Shown here one piece after another: positions 24,578 through 38,300 of a DNA stretch of 64,000 bases; the first letter of the stretch is position 1; each line of letters opens with the position of its first letter. Under the pieces are notes generated by a model that was not told where the DNA came from, ran no database searches, and saw nothing but the letters and a program-made list of their open reading frames with translations. The position numbers and the translations under genes were made by a program. Origin of the DNA: Hemiscyllium ocellatum (taxonomy: Eukaryota); NCBI RefSeq assembly GCF_020745735.1, contig NC_083407.1:87721857-87785856 (forward strand), read 5' to 3'.

Positions 24578-24769
24578 CTGTAAGACAGCAAAACGTACAA
24601 CTTAATCTTTATACATGAAAAAGGTACCCATTTTATAAGTAGAAAATCCACTTGCTGAAACTGATATGGTTCCTGGCAACATTATACAAAACCAGGCAAG
24701 CTGCCAAATCCTCATTTTAATACCTGCACATACATCTTTGTCCCTGTGAAAATGACATACAGTTGAAGT

Positions 24770-25165
24770 GCCAGCCTGTTCAGCAATACCACATTCAATA
24801 GAGACAGGTCACAGGTGCAAATCCCATTTCAGTTTGTAAACCATGACAATACTTCAAGGACTGTCAGAAGGTTTATCTTTCGATGAGACATTTAACAGAT
24901 GCTTCACCTGCCTCTTCAGGTGTCTGTTAAAGATCTTGTGGCACTGTTCAAATATGAGCAGGTAAGGTCTCCTATGTCCTAGCCCACACTTATCATGCAT
25001 AATACACAAAAGCAAATGATTTCATATCCTAATTCATTACAGCTTGTGGGAACCTACTGTATGTAGATTGGTTGCCAGGTAACCAACAAAATCAGAGACT
25101 ACTTAGAAGTATTAAATTCACAAGCATGTGATAAGTCATATAGATGCAACTAACTTTGTTACTGC
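24770..25165 (+). mobile_element. Deu-domain SINE (SacSINE/AmnSINE-like)
   Basis: TCTTTCGATGAGACATTTAAC...AAAGATCTTGTGGCACTGTT...GAGCAGG...TGTCCTAGCC resembles the Deu core as I recall it; related to 40575-41215. Confidence 0.6.
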
Positions 25166-26551
25166 AACATCTTACAACTACATGACTACCTTTGTTTTCA
25201 CGTACAAAAAAGAAATCAGAGCTTGAACCTCATTGTAGGTTACGAGTACGAGAAGCCCAGAACTGGAAGCAATGCAACACCGCATTTTCTACCAGCGCAT
25301 GACGATTGGTGCTTTAAGTGGATATTCAACCTTCCTCCCTCATTTTTGCCAGATCTCAATAGGTCAAGACAATGCTACAATGTAATGAAGCATCACATCT
25401 CAAAAAGGTGGAATATGGCGTGCAGAAGATATTCGCTAGATGTCAATTATCAGTACCATTACAAACACAATAGAAAACATTTGTGGTTCAGAATTCCTGT
25501 AACTCAAGCAGACAATTGAGTTTGGTGGCATTTTTAGGGAGGAGCAGGAATTAAAAACATATTTCAGAACAACTGGTCAGATTGTTATTTTAGTATATTG
25601 ATAGGCTGGTATATAAAAATATCAATTGTTATGACCTCTGATGATATTATTACAATGCAAGTTATAATCCCCAGACTGAAATCTGGTTTGATAGATCATG
25701 TTTATTGTTTTAACAACATAGTCTTTCCCTGAAACACAAATCACACAATGCTGTAGTTTCAGGTTTAACAATAAAACAGAAGTTTTAGAAATTAAGAACA
25801 ATAGAATGATCCAAACTATCATGAAATGAAGATTTTGGACACAGGAAAACAATTCCATTAATGTCAACAACACTTCTTTACAGTACTTAAACCAGAGAGA
25901 ATTTCCTTCTCTTTGAAATCTAGAGATTAAATTTAACTTTGGCTTCAATTTCAGGTCTTGAGAATTGGACAGTTTTTTTTTTCTGGAGCCCTCACACAAT
26001 TGAGCTAAGCCTCTCAGTTTCACATAACTCTTCAGGGTTTTAAGTAAATACATCTGGTGTGGAGTCTTTCAACTAAATTCCATATGCTCAGGTAACCATT
26101 TTGTAAATAGTCCCAAAACTACCTCCCTTTCTAAGGTACAGCTTCAACACTGCAGCAAACTCAAACTAAAATTTACTTTTTCCCTTCAAGCTATGTGTAT
26201 TTCCCTAACCAAAAAAAAACAAACCCCAACCTTCTAAACGGAACCCATGCACAACAGTTGACTTTGTTTGTTTGTAAACTTTCCCAATGTAACATCCAAT
26301 TACTCTCCAAGAAGGCTCTCTAAAAATATTTAAAAGAAATCACAATGGCTGCAGAAATACAAGTTAACTAAGCCTTTTCAGTCACACAAACCTATGTGAT
26401 ATTCGTTAATAACTCAAAATTCCAAAAAGAAATATCAAAATCTACAAATCACACACCTTACATCACTTAAGCAAATAGTAAAAACTATAAAAGAGGTGAA
26501 GAACTGGAAGTGTAAACATTTGACTTTTTTCTGTCAAATTGGATCTGAATT

Positions 26552-27209
26552 TGTTATAAGTGATTTCTGTCTAGGCTTTCTGAATCTCTGGAGAATAGTT
26601 CCTGACACTTGGCTAACTATTCTAACTCTAGGGATCTGATTCAGAACAACCGGGTCCTGCCTCCGAACTCTGCCAACCGCGGACTGTCCTTTAACCCTTG
26701 TATCAAGGGAGACTGTCCGCAAGGTTAAGTTCAAAAAGGCGAACTCCAAGTTGACTGGAATCGACCCTTATCCCCACCGGCTATCACTTCTCCCGTGGCA
26801 AATCGAAATACTGCGAGACACACACAGACGGAGCAACAGATGTTTATTCAATCTTCGAAGATTGGGCGAGTTCCAAAAAGGACTTCGGAAATCGCCCAAT
26901 CTTCGAAGATTGAATAAACATCTGTTGCTCCGTCTGTGTGTGTCTCGCAGTATTTCGATTTGCCACGGGAGAAGTGATAGCCGGTGGGGATAAGGGTCGA
27001 TTCCAGTCAACTTGGAGTTCGCCTTTTTGAACTTAACCTTGCGGACAGTCTCCCTTGATACAAGGGTCAAAGGACAGTCCGCGGTTGGCAGAGTTCGGAG
27101 GCAGGACCCGGTTGTTCTGAATCAGATCCCTAGAGTTAGAATAGTTAGCCAAGTGTCAGGAACTATTCTCCGGAGATTCAGAAAGCCTAGACAGAAATCA
27201 CTTATAACA
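26552..27209. mobile_element. 658-bp palindromic (foldback) element with TGTTA...TAACA termini and AATT target duplication
   Basis: Arms 26552-26869 and 26892-27209 (318 bp) are reverse complements with 2 mismatches (26589/27172 and 26693/27068); 22-bp spacer; AATT at 26548-26551 and 27210-27213. Confidence 0.85.
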
Positions 27210-28557
27210 AATTCAACCTCTTAGACAAAATAGTTTCCATTAATCCATTGTTAATCAGGTGATGATTCCTTTCTGTGGTGCCATCTTTACTGGAGCAAGT
27301 AAATGTAATCTGTAATTTTGGTTTATTATTGACTTTGGTTGGCAAGGGGGGAGAAAGGGGAACATATTCATAAATGATGGGCAAGTGGAGAAGGAAATCA
27401 AGAGTGGGCCAGTCATCACATAAAAGATTGTTATGCCAGAAAGAGCATGACCACTTGTACTGAGTTTTAATAAAAGCAAAAACCTGACTTTTATCTCTGT
27501 CGTGAAATAGCTACTTTAATCTTAATTGGTTAGGCAGAGGACAAACATATACTGTCCATTTTCCACCAATTTCTCTTATGAAATTTCTAACTGGGGATTT
27601 ACAATGAACGTTGAAATCAATTTGCATCTTTGAACAGTCACCCAGTTGTCTGAAGCAGAAATGGTAGGATATACTTAAAGACCTGTAAGGTGAGGGGTAA
27701 AAAGGGGGGACAAAAAAAAAGAGGATCCTCAAACTGGTTTAGCTGATTGTAATTTTTCTGAAAAGTAGAATTATATCCCCTCTGCTACATTAGCTGCGTG
27801 ACCACATTGAACCCTTGAATTCATGCCTAAGCTAATCTGTTCACCATGAAAGCCATCAACCACTTCAAATGTTGTTAACTCAGCTAGAAACAGATCTTTT
27901 GCTTGGATAACAGCAACACTTGGTGTCAAATTTATATTTGTTTATATAAGAGTTTAGTCATATATTGTCTTTAACAAGTAAAATATGTAAAAGCATGCCA
28001 CAGAGTAGAAATAGATACCGAAACTACAAGAGGTGACCTATAAGGATAGTTGGGAAATAAGGAGTTTTGGAAGCAAAGAAAAGTAGTATGGCAAAACATT
28101 AAGGCAGGGAACACTAGAAAATAATCAAGGCAAGATCAACATAGCCCTATGACACTAAGGGCTAAAGACAAAGGGGCTGACAACTGCTGGCAGATAACCA
28201 GATTGAAGTGAGCCAGAAGATTAAGGCAAAAACAAACTATAGTTGATTTGTTAATTCAGTACATGAAGGAAGCAAACAAAGTCACGATGGGCACAGAAAC
28301 AAGCAAGCAGAATGTCATTTGGGAGGTTAAATAGAGAATTCATGAGAGATAAAGATTTCTAAAACAGAATGGGTAAAAGTACAAGTGATTAAAGTTGTGC
28401 AGTCGTGCAGGGTGTTTTGGTAACAAACAGGCTATGGGGTGGAATCTGAGCTCCCCTGGGTTATAAACTATCAGGTTTTACCTAGCATTGCAGCCGGAGA
28501 AAACAAAGTTTATTTTGTGAAAGTGACTACTGTCTCCAATATTAGATTGGAGGAGCA

Positions 28558-28765
28558 TAAACAGAAATTGTAGAGGAAACTCAGCAAGTGTGGCAACATC
28601 TGTTGAAAGAAAGTGGAGATAACACTGAATCCAGTGACCTTTCTTCAGAAAAGAAGGGTCACTGGACTCTAAACATTATCTCTCACTGTCCCAGACCTGC
28701 TGAGTTTCCTTCAGTAATTCCTGTTTTTAAGACTTTCAGCATCTTCAGTTCCGTGTTTTATTTTA
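28558..28765 (+). mobile_element. Older Penelope-derived foldback element
   Basis: Diverged inverted arms centred on TCCAGTGACCTTTCTTCAGA/AAGAAGGGTCACTGGA. Related fragments at ~3945-4040, 11690-11780, 34725-34802 and 58540-58640. Confidence 0.6.
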
Positions 28766-28769
28766 GATT

Positions 28770-29845
28770 GAGGAGATAGTGTTCATTTATAATCTGAGGT
28801 CAGAGACCATGATATGATAAAATTCTTCATCAAGATGGAGGGTGAAATAGTTGAATCCAAATCTAAAGTCCTGAATCGAAACAAAAAGGAACTATGAGGG
28901 TATGAAGCAAGAATTCAAGAATCAATTGCGAACTAAAAGGGGTTGATGGTAGATAGGCAATCGTTCATATTTAAGAATGTGTGGGTGAATTAGACATATT
29001 CCGGCCTGCTGCGAAAATGAAAAGGAAGGTGGCTTAACTATGACTTAAAAAATAAATTTTGGATAATAATATTATATCAAAAGAGGAGGTATACCAAATT
29101 TCCAGAAAAAGCAACATACCCAAGGATTGGGAGCATTTCAGAATTCAGTAAAAATGCACAAAAAGTTTCAAAAGTTTGGGGGTGGGGGGGAAATGAGAGT
29201 AAAATTACTAGCAACATAGAAGCTGACCATAAAAGCTTCTGTATAACGTGACAATGAAAAGATTAGTAAAAACAAAATGTAGCTCCCTTACAGTCAGAAG
29301 TTGGGGAAATTATAATGGAACAATTGAAAAGCAGAATTGAATACATACTTTAGATCTGGTTCACAAGAGCGGACAAGTAATCTTTCAGAAATAGTAGGGA
29401 ACCAAGGATCAGCAACAACATAGAAATGAAGGAAATCAGTATTACAACAAAAATGGTGCTGGGGAAATTAGTGGGGATAAAGGCTGATAAATCTAATCAC
29501 AAAGTACTATAGGAATTGACCCTGAAAATACTGGACGACCACCACTAATGCATCCAAAGTCCAAGAGACTTTGTAGGACCAGGTCAATTGATATCCCACT
29601 ATTTAAAAAAAAGAGAGGGAGAGATAAGAGAATTATAGTCTACTATAAAAAACATAACAGAATACTTGGAAAGCAGTAAAAGGATTAATCAAAATTAGCA
29701 CGGATTTATGATTAATCATGTATAACAAATTGACTTGAGTTTTTTTTGAGAATCTAACAGCTGGAATAGTTCAGGGAGTACCAGTCATAATCGTACTGAA
29801 TGGAGAAGTAGGTTTAAAGGACCAAATGGCTTCCACTTTCTACGT
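28770..29845 (+). mobile_element. Old CR1 ORF2 remnant
   Basis: Degenerate LKADKS and QHGFM-type motifs and a CR1-like tail. Confidence 0.6.
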
Positions 29846-30300
29846 CAGGCAACTAATACCTCAAGTCAGTTCAGATAAGTAGGAGATAGGTAGATCTAGG
29901 TATTATCGGTATGTGGGTGAGTGCTGATCTAACTAATCAGTTAATGTACCTTGGTAAATTATGGAATACAGAATGGTTGGGGAAAGAGGATACAATCACA
30001 GGATATTCTACAGGCTGTATAGAAGTGGAAAGGTAGGCTAAGCTGTTTAATGATGATTTGACCAACCTTTCAAGCAGCTCCTGTTCCTCTTCTTTAAAGG
30101 AGAAGTGACAGGAAAATGTACAGATAAGGTTTGCTTGGCATCAGGAAGCCTAAAGTATCAACTGAGCATAGGCTGTCATTTACTTTCAAACAAAGGAAAC
30201 CCACTCGTCAGCATAAGCTCCTATTATGTTGAAAAGCATCCCTAAATTATAATAGCCAGTGAACTCCTGTGCAGCCTGATGTTTGACAATAACTTGATTA

Positions 30301-30399
<99 letters not shown>

Positions 30400-30730
30400 T
30401 TAAAATGAAAACAGAATGAGACAGAACTCCATTGAAGTAATATCTGTATTTCAGTATGTGATGACACCTTTCGATGGTAAATCTTATTGATAGCTCTCTC
30501 AAATAATAGAGTTGAAATTAGTTATACATAACTCTAGAACTGCCAAAAAAAATGATTTGTAGAAGTTTTTTGTTTTGCAATGAACGGAGTAAGAAATATT
30601 AATGTAAAGACTGCATAAAAGGAGGATGCACATTGAGTAGATATCTACTCAGTTATTGCAAAGAATTATGTTGACAACTAATTTGGGACAGTCATTCAGG
30701 ATTGAGTATGGCATACTTAAAATGTATATA

Positions 30731-30951
30731 TATGGGTCATTCTGTTATAACATGTGTTTCGTTAATGGGAATTCACTATAACATGATTGACGAAATGGGG
30801 TCATTGTTTCTACAGCGCTAAGTTTTAAAATGTGTGTTGGCTGTAACGCAATTACATTGCCAACACTTTAAGCACTGTTTCTAAAGCATGATTTTTCTAT
30901 AACACAGGATTGTACAAGGACACAACTATCACGTTATACAAGAACTCTCTG
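30731..30951. mobile_element. Tc1/mariner (Tigger-like) MITE
   Basis: Imperfect TIRs (CATTCTGTTATAAC / GTTATACAAGAAC); a related copy lies in opposite orientation at 44807-44985. Confidence 0.55.
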
Positions 30952-32046
30952 CACACAAGGTCCTGTCCTTTGCAGGCAGAACATGTACAACGACTGTGCC
31001 CGTTTCAACTCAAGGTAATAGTACTCTTTTTCAGTTCAGAGCAAATGACCTGTCAGAATGCTCAGCTGCTATAGGTTGGCATTAACTGGTACATGCTCCA
31101 TGGCAACACCTCTACCACTCCTAAGTAGACTTGCCAACTAGTCAGCACATTCCTCCCAGTATAACTATTGTTTTCCCTTTGACAATTTAACTTTCAGAAC
31201 TTAAGTAATTTAATGGATTGAAAAAAAAACTTAGCAATAACTCATTCTGGAATAAGCCATTTCTTGAGATGAAAGGGACAAGGATAAGCAGTTATATAGG
31301 AATTAAAAACAAACTGGTTCAACAACCATCCATGGAAAAAAGTTGAAACAGCATTAACAAGCGGTTTCCTGGAAAAAAAGAGGAGATAACACTGCTGGAT
31401 ACCTGCTGCCTCATGACAATTGGGCAATTAAGTCTGCCTGCAGAAGGAAGATCCTGAAGTAAAGAGGTTAATTACAAGAAAAGCAGTGTTTTAAACAAAC
31501 AAACAGCTGAACCAGATTGTAACATCGAACAGGGGAGCTACTTCTGGTAAGAAGGCAAGCTACAGGCTCAAGTCTCCAGGAAAATAATCAATGTTGGGGA
31601 TGAAAGAATCTATTGACTCAAAGATTCACGCCTCAAACATGAAAGACAGACACTATAAAAAAATCCAACACCAGAACAATTTAGTAATAGAACTTTGAAG
31701 ATCAACACTGCACAAGGATTGAACCCTGGACACTTCCAGAGACAGATACTGTTATAGTTGGAATCCTTGCTAGATTCCACCATTAAATTGGTAATAGTCA
31801 AGTTGAGTTGCGAAGCTTAAACTTGCTTGAGTGGTCTTATTTTGATGCTACATGCAATAAAATTTAAATCATTATTTCAATAATTGATTGCCTGAGATTT
31901 CTTAATAAGTAGCTGATTAAAGGTAACTGGTGGAAATTTACAAAAACACCTTTACTTTTTTCTGTGTGAGTTGTTCAAATGAGTGCGAGACAAAAAGCTT
32001 TGACAAATGCATTTCTCCAGCAAGTTAATTTTGAAACTAATACTCA

Positions 32047-32199
<153 letters not shown>

Positions 32200-32299
32200 T
32201 CACAGAATTGCTTTCCAGTTGAACTTATAAGTCATGCATTTAAATACTAGTCATGCATTTAAAAGGCATTATTTTATGTGTTGTTTTACAAGCATATTG

Positions 32300-33320
32300 A
32301 AGTAGGAGCAAAACTTGGCCATTAGGTCATTCAAGCCTGTTCAAATATGCAACGAGATCATGACAGATCTGCAGTGTTCGGACTTCCACATTCCCATCTA
32401 CCTCTGATAACTTTTGATTCTTGTTGGGTATTGAAAGCAATCTACCTCTACCTTAAAAACATTCAGTACCCCCCCAGTTTCTAAATAGAGGGTTCCAATG
32501 TCATACAGCCCCCCAAGAAGAAACATTTCCCCATATCTGTCCTAAAAGGGCAACCCTAATTTTAAAAATACATTGTCCCCTGGTCTTTACTCACCCATAA
32601 GAGGAAACATCCTTTCCACATTTACCTTGTCTAGGCCAGCCAGGATCCAATAAAATCTCACCTCACATTTCTAAGTCTGATGCAAACAAGTTCAGGCTGT
32701 TCAATCTTTCCTCATAAGACAAGCTACTCATCCCAGATATCAATCCAGTACATCTCCTGTGAACTGCCTCCCAAGCATTTACATAGTTTCTTAGATAAGG
32801 AGACAGTTCTGCAAAAGGCATTCAAGATATGTCCTCATCAATTCCTTGTATAACTAAAACATATCCTTCTTCCTTTATATCCAATTCCTCTCATAATAAA
32901 GGATAGCATCCCATGAGCCTTCTTAATCATTTTCTTTACCTGCATACAACATTCCCTCTAAGCTGTGCATCTGCTTGGACGATCCATGCATACCAATGAA
33001 CAGACGCACTGACTTCCAGTTCTAGAAGCTGCTGCTGCTCATTGACCAGGGAAATGCGCAGAGTGGCAGCTAAATTCAAGGGACCATAGCTTGCACACTA
33101 ACTTTTTGTGATTCATGCATTAAAACGAGTCTATCTACACCTCTGAATTGTGCAGTTCTTCTCCATTTCACTAATGCTCTGATTTTTATGGTTCTTGCCA
33201 AAGTGAACAATTTTACATTTCCAACATTATATTCCATCTGCTAGATTTTTGCCCATTCAATCTACATCCAACTGTATTCCCATATCATCTTTACAACATA
33301 TTTTACTACCATTACATCAC
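32300..33320 (-). mobile_element. Old CR1 3' fragment
   Basis: Degenerate CR1 RT C-terminal and tail sequence. Confidence 0.6.
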
Positions 33321-33814
33321 ATGCACTTTCGCTTTTTTAAAAATCATTTTTATTGCAAATTGTTTTCTTTAAAGTACATCAATATGTATTTTGCAGGTAA
33401 TGAAGTCAACTGCTTCTTCTCTCATTGACCCAATGGATAAGTGAACTATAATTTAGCTAGAATGACCAGGAAAGTTACATCTGTCAATTTAGTTACATCT
33501 AGTCAGTGAAAGTTGGCCAGGAGTACAATTGGCCTCTAGGCCCCCACAATTATCTCTTGGAATAGGTAGCAGAAGAGTAGGAAATAAAAATGATAGTGAG
33601 AACCTAAACTATTGTCTTCCAGAACAACTGCTGGATTACAATCTTTCAAATATTTTCTGATCCAAGATGTTACAGCAAACCTATGAAGCTGGTGGGTCTT
33701 GAATCCATGCCTCCTGGCTCAGGAGGTAGGGACATAGCTCATGCACCACAGACCGGGCTACAAAACATAATAAAACCGTACTGAAATGCTAGTTGAGTTT
33801 TCCCCCCTCCCAGG

Positions 33815-34150
33815 AGTCACTGACTCAGTCTAACAAGTCCACACCAACCATGTTCCCAAACCAAACTAGTCCTTCTGCCCATCTTTGGTTCATATCCCTC
33901 CAAACATTTCCTATTCATGTATTTATCCAAATGTCTTTTAAATGTTCCAACTGTACCTGCATCTACCACTTCCTTTGGCAGTTCATTCCACACACTAACT
34001 ACTGTGTAATATAAAAAAAATTGCCCCTCATCTCCTTTTTTAATCTTCCTCCACTCATCTTAAAAATATGCCCCCTAGTTTTGAACTTCCCAACTGCAAG
34101 GAAAAGACTTTTGCTATTCACCTTATCTACACTGTTCATTATTTTATAAC
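33815..34150 (-). mobile_element. CR1 3' tail fragment
   Basis: Colinear with 381-740. Confidence 0.8.
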
Positions 34151-35339
34151 GTTTTGGGGGAAGAAAAAATGTGATTAAAATTTTTTTAAAGGCTTATACT
34201 ATTTAGGAAATACACTTTTTTAAAATAAATTTAGTAACTACAATGATATAATTCCTCATATCTAAGAAAACACTTGTTAAATTTTCACTGAAATTCATAA
34301 CAGTGATGAGTGATGTATGATAAATTCACAATAGTGGTACAATTATACAGAATATGTTCCAATTGGCAGTTAACTCAATTACATATTTGCCTTTGTATGT
34401 TCCTAATTTATATTGTGAAGCAGGTCTATCAAGTTACAGTACAAAACAGGCTGAGTGTCCCAACAGAAAACGTAGACTAATAGTGTACAATAATATTTTG
34501 TTCCAAGTCAAAATCATTTATGCTCAAATTAATTTCATGATCAAATAATTATTTCCTTCAAACCTGCTAAAGTATAAGTGACATTAATGTCAAGATGTAA
34601 TTTTGCAACCTAATAGTAGTTCACAGGTGCAACAATAATTTCCACTTAAGTATGTCTCCCACAGCAATACTTTAAGGATACATGTAGTGACATTTTGTTC
34701 TCTTGATTAATGTATTTTAAGAGGAAGTAGAAGCAGAAAATGCTGGAAATACTGAGCAGCTCTGGCCATATCAATGGAGACAGAAACCAAGCTAACATTT
34801 CAATAGAAAGGCAAACTCTCATTCATTGAGTAACCATGGCAGAGACAAGACTATGTTCATGCTTTTCACACTGTACTCCATTCTAATGAAGGAATAAATA
34901 ATGATATAAATTGTTTTACTTTAAACAGTTTTATCTCTACTTTTTGAAACATCTATAGAATTTTAAAATCTTTTAAATGATAAATTGAAGATTAGCTATC
35001 ACTTAAATAGGACTAGCAATAATCTAAACACCCATTTTAGTCACTTTTCAATAGAAAGTAATTAGTCCTACATTGTTTTTATTAGGTTTTACTTGATGTC
35101 TGGATTAGTCTGCTCTAACAGTTTTAAATTAAGTAGATAAATCCATTATTTTCAATTTAAACTAATGGGGCCCTCTCAAAAGGACACTTAATACCTTAAG
35201 ATTAACCCTGACATGAATACATAGAAATAGCACCATTATCTCAGTTCAATATTCAAGGTTCGAGTCAAATGTTCAAATTGTGTTGGTTTGTACATTTTGA
35301 CACTGACTCCACGCAACAAGATTAATTTATCAACACACA

Positions 35340-38300
35340 TGAACAAGGAAGGATAGGCCACTTGGCCCTTCAATCCAGCTCTGCTATTCAATAAAGGTTA
35401 TGGTGAGCACATTTTAACCTCAACTCTACATTCCTGCACATCCCCAATAATCTGTCCTCCCCTCAGTAATCAAGAATTTATCTCTGCCTTAAAAATATTT
35501 AAAGGTTCTGCACCCAATGCCTTTTGAGTAAGGGAATTTCAAAGACTCTTAACTCAGGAAAAAAAATGTTTCATCCTCTGTTTTAAATAGGCATCATTTT
35601 TAAACTATAACCCCCTAGCTCTAGATTCTCACACAAGAGAAAATTTCCTTTTACTATCCACCTGCTCAGGTTCCCCCCCCCACTAGAACTTTATGTATTC
35701 CAAGTAAATCACATGACTTTTCTAAACTCCACAGGATACAGGCGTAGCCTATCCAGCCTTTAAGGTAATCCACTCATTCCAAATATTAGTTGAGCAAAGC
35801 TTTTCAACTTTTTTCAAAACATTAACACCCTTCCATAAGTACGGTAACCAGTACCATACACAGCACTCCAGATGCAGTCTCACCAATGCTCCATTTAACT
35901 GAAGCAAAACCTCCTTACTCTTGCATTTAAATTTCCCTTGCAATAAAACAAAATATTGTATTAGCTTTCCTGATACTTGCATACTAACCTTCTGGAATTC
36001 ATGCACCAAGACACCCTCTGCATCTAAGAGCTCTTCAGCCTCACCATTTAGATAACGCTTTTTTATTCTTTCCACCAAAAATGGACAATTTCATATTTTT
36101 ACCATATCAGGCTTCATTTGCCAAATATTTTTGTACTCATTTAACTTATCTTATATCCCTTATAGGCTCCTTATATCTTCTTCACAACTCAAATTGCTGC
36201 CTATCTTTGGGTCAACAGACAATTTAGCTACCTACCTTCGATCCCTTCATCCAAATCATTTATATAAGTTGTAAAGAGTTGAGGCTCCAGCACACACCCT
36301 GTGGCACTCCAATGGTGACATCCTACCAGGCTGGAAAAGACCATTTATTCCTACTGCCTGCCTCTTATTAACAAACTGATCTTCTATACATGCCAATGTT
36401 ACTACCAACACTGTGAACTTTTGTTTTCCATTATAATATTTGATGTGGCACCTTATCAAATGCATTCTGGAAATAAAGATACAATACATCTGCTGGCACC
36501 ACTTTATCTACAGCACAAGTTACTCCCTCATTTTTGTATTTTCTAATCAACCTGTTCAGAGCTATTATTACACACCTCGGAAGCAGATGGGCCTTGAGCC
36601 TGAACCTCCTGCTTAGCAGTAGGAACAGTGCCATTGCACCATAAGACCACCAATAAATTAGTTGTTAAATATGATTTCCCTATCACAAAACCTTGAGCTT
36701 ATCCAAGTGCCTATTTTAACAACTTTAATAATAATTTCTGACATTTTTCTCTATAACAGATAAAAGCTAACTCATTTGTAGTTTTCTGGTTTCTGCATCC
36801 CTCCCTTTTTGACGAAAGGGAGTTACATTAGCTAATTTCCAATCTATCATTGGATAGAATGGGTTTTGGAAAATTAAAACCAATTCATCAACTATTTCAG
36901 TGGTTACTTCTTTTAAGACAGTAGGCTGAAATCCATCACAACCTGGGAATTTATTAATTTGGAGTTCAAACTTTTTACTCAGTAGTCATTGTAATTTTCG
37001 GAATTCCTTTGTTCTTTCCAATTCCCGATTTACAGCTGTTTTCGGGATGCTATTTGTATCCTCGAGTGACGACCAATACAAAATACATGTTCAGTTTGTC
37101 TGCCATCCCTTTATTCTGTATTACTAATTGCTCAGATCCATTTCTATAGGACCAATATACACTCTGTAAACTTCTTTGAATACCTGATAACTTTCCTATC
37201 TATTGATATAATTTTGGCTGACTTTCTCTTAGACTAATTTTTCTCTCCTTAAACTTTTAGTAATTTTTTTGTTTTTAAAATGCTGTCTACTTTTTTCACC
37301 TATCACTTATCGCTGTGCAATTATCTTTTTTTTAACTTCAATGTTATCTTCAATTAAGTACGGATGGTGGGTCAATCCCTTAAAATTCTTATTTTTTGGA
37401 ATGCACCTATCTGCACTTTCTAGAATATCCCCATAATTTTTTTGCCACTGCATCTCTAATGACCTATCCCTTAATCTAAATTGTCGGTTCACTTTCAGTA
37501 ATTCTGCTTTCGTGGATTCATTGTTACCCTTGTTTAAATTCAAGCTAGTAGTCCTGGACCGACACTTCTTTCCCCTATACTGCCTATAAAATTCAGCCAT
37601 ATTATGGTCACTGTTACCCAGGGGTGCTTTCACTAAGAGGTCAGTAATCAATCTCTGATCAAAACCAGATCTCATATAGCCTGCTCTCTGCTTGGTACCA
37701 TAACAATGCTAGTCTAAAAAAACTGTCTAGAAAACATACTCAACGAATTCCTCCTCTGGACTACTTTCTCCTTATCTGATTTTTCCAGTCTACATGTAGG
37801 TAGAAATCTGTGTCTTTTAACAAGCTCCCATTGTTTCTTCCTTGATATCTTGCGCTACCACGTGCTTTTGGGGAGTCTGTATACAATACCCACAAGTGAC
37901 CTCTTGCCTTGATCATTCTTATCTCCACCCAAATTGTTTCGATAACCTAATTCAGGAAACCAGGCTATCCTTCTGTATTATGCTAATATCATCTTTAATT
38001 AACAGAGCCACCCCCACCCTTTCCTACCTTCCTGCCTTTTCTAAAAGGTTCCACAGTCAATATTCAGGACCCAATTTAAGTCATCCTACAGCCATATGTC
38101 AGTTATGGCCACTAGGTTATAATTATTTATCTCAATTAAATTTGAGTTAAATCTATTAGAGTTCATCTATTTTGTTTTGAATGCTATGTGCATTCAAATG
38201 CAGTGCCTTCAGTTTTGTTTTCTTATTTTTATAATCTCATGTTGTATTTGTTTCTTTACTCTTCAATCTGCATTCTCTATCGTTTCCTGTCATTGTTTGT

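Noticed and set aside
26534-27224. Four ORFs (26534-26749, 26751-26993, 26768-27070, 27012-27224) as proteins
   Set aside because: They are mirror images produced by the palindrome, mostly lack ATG starts, and show no recognisable motifs.
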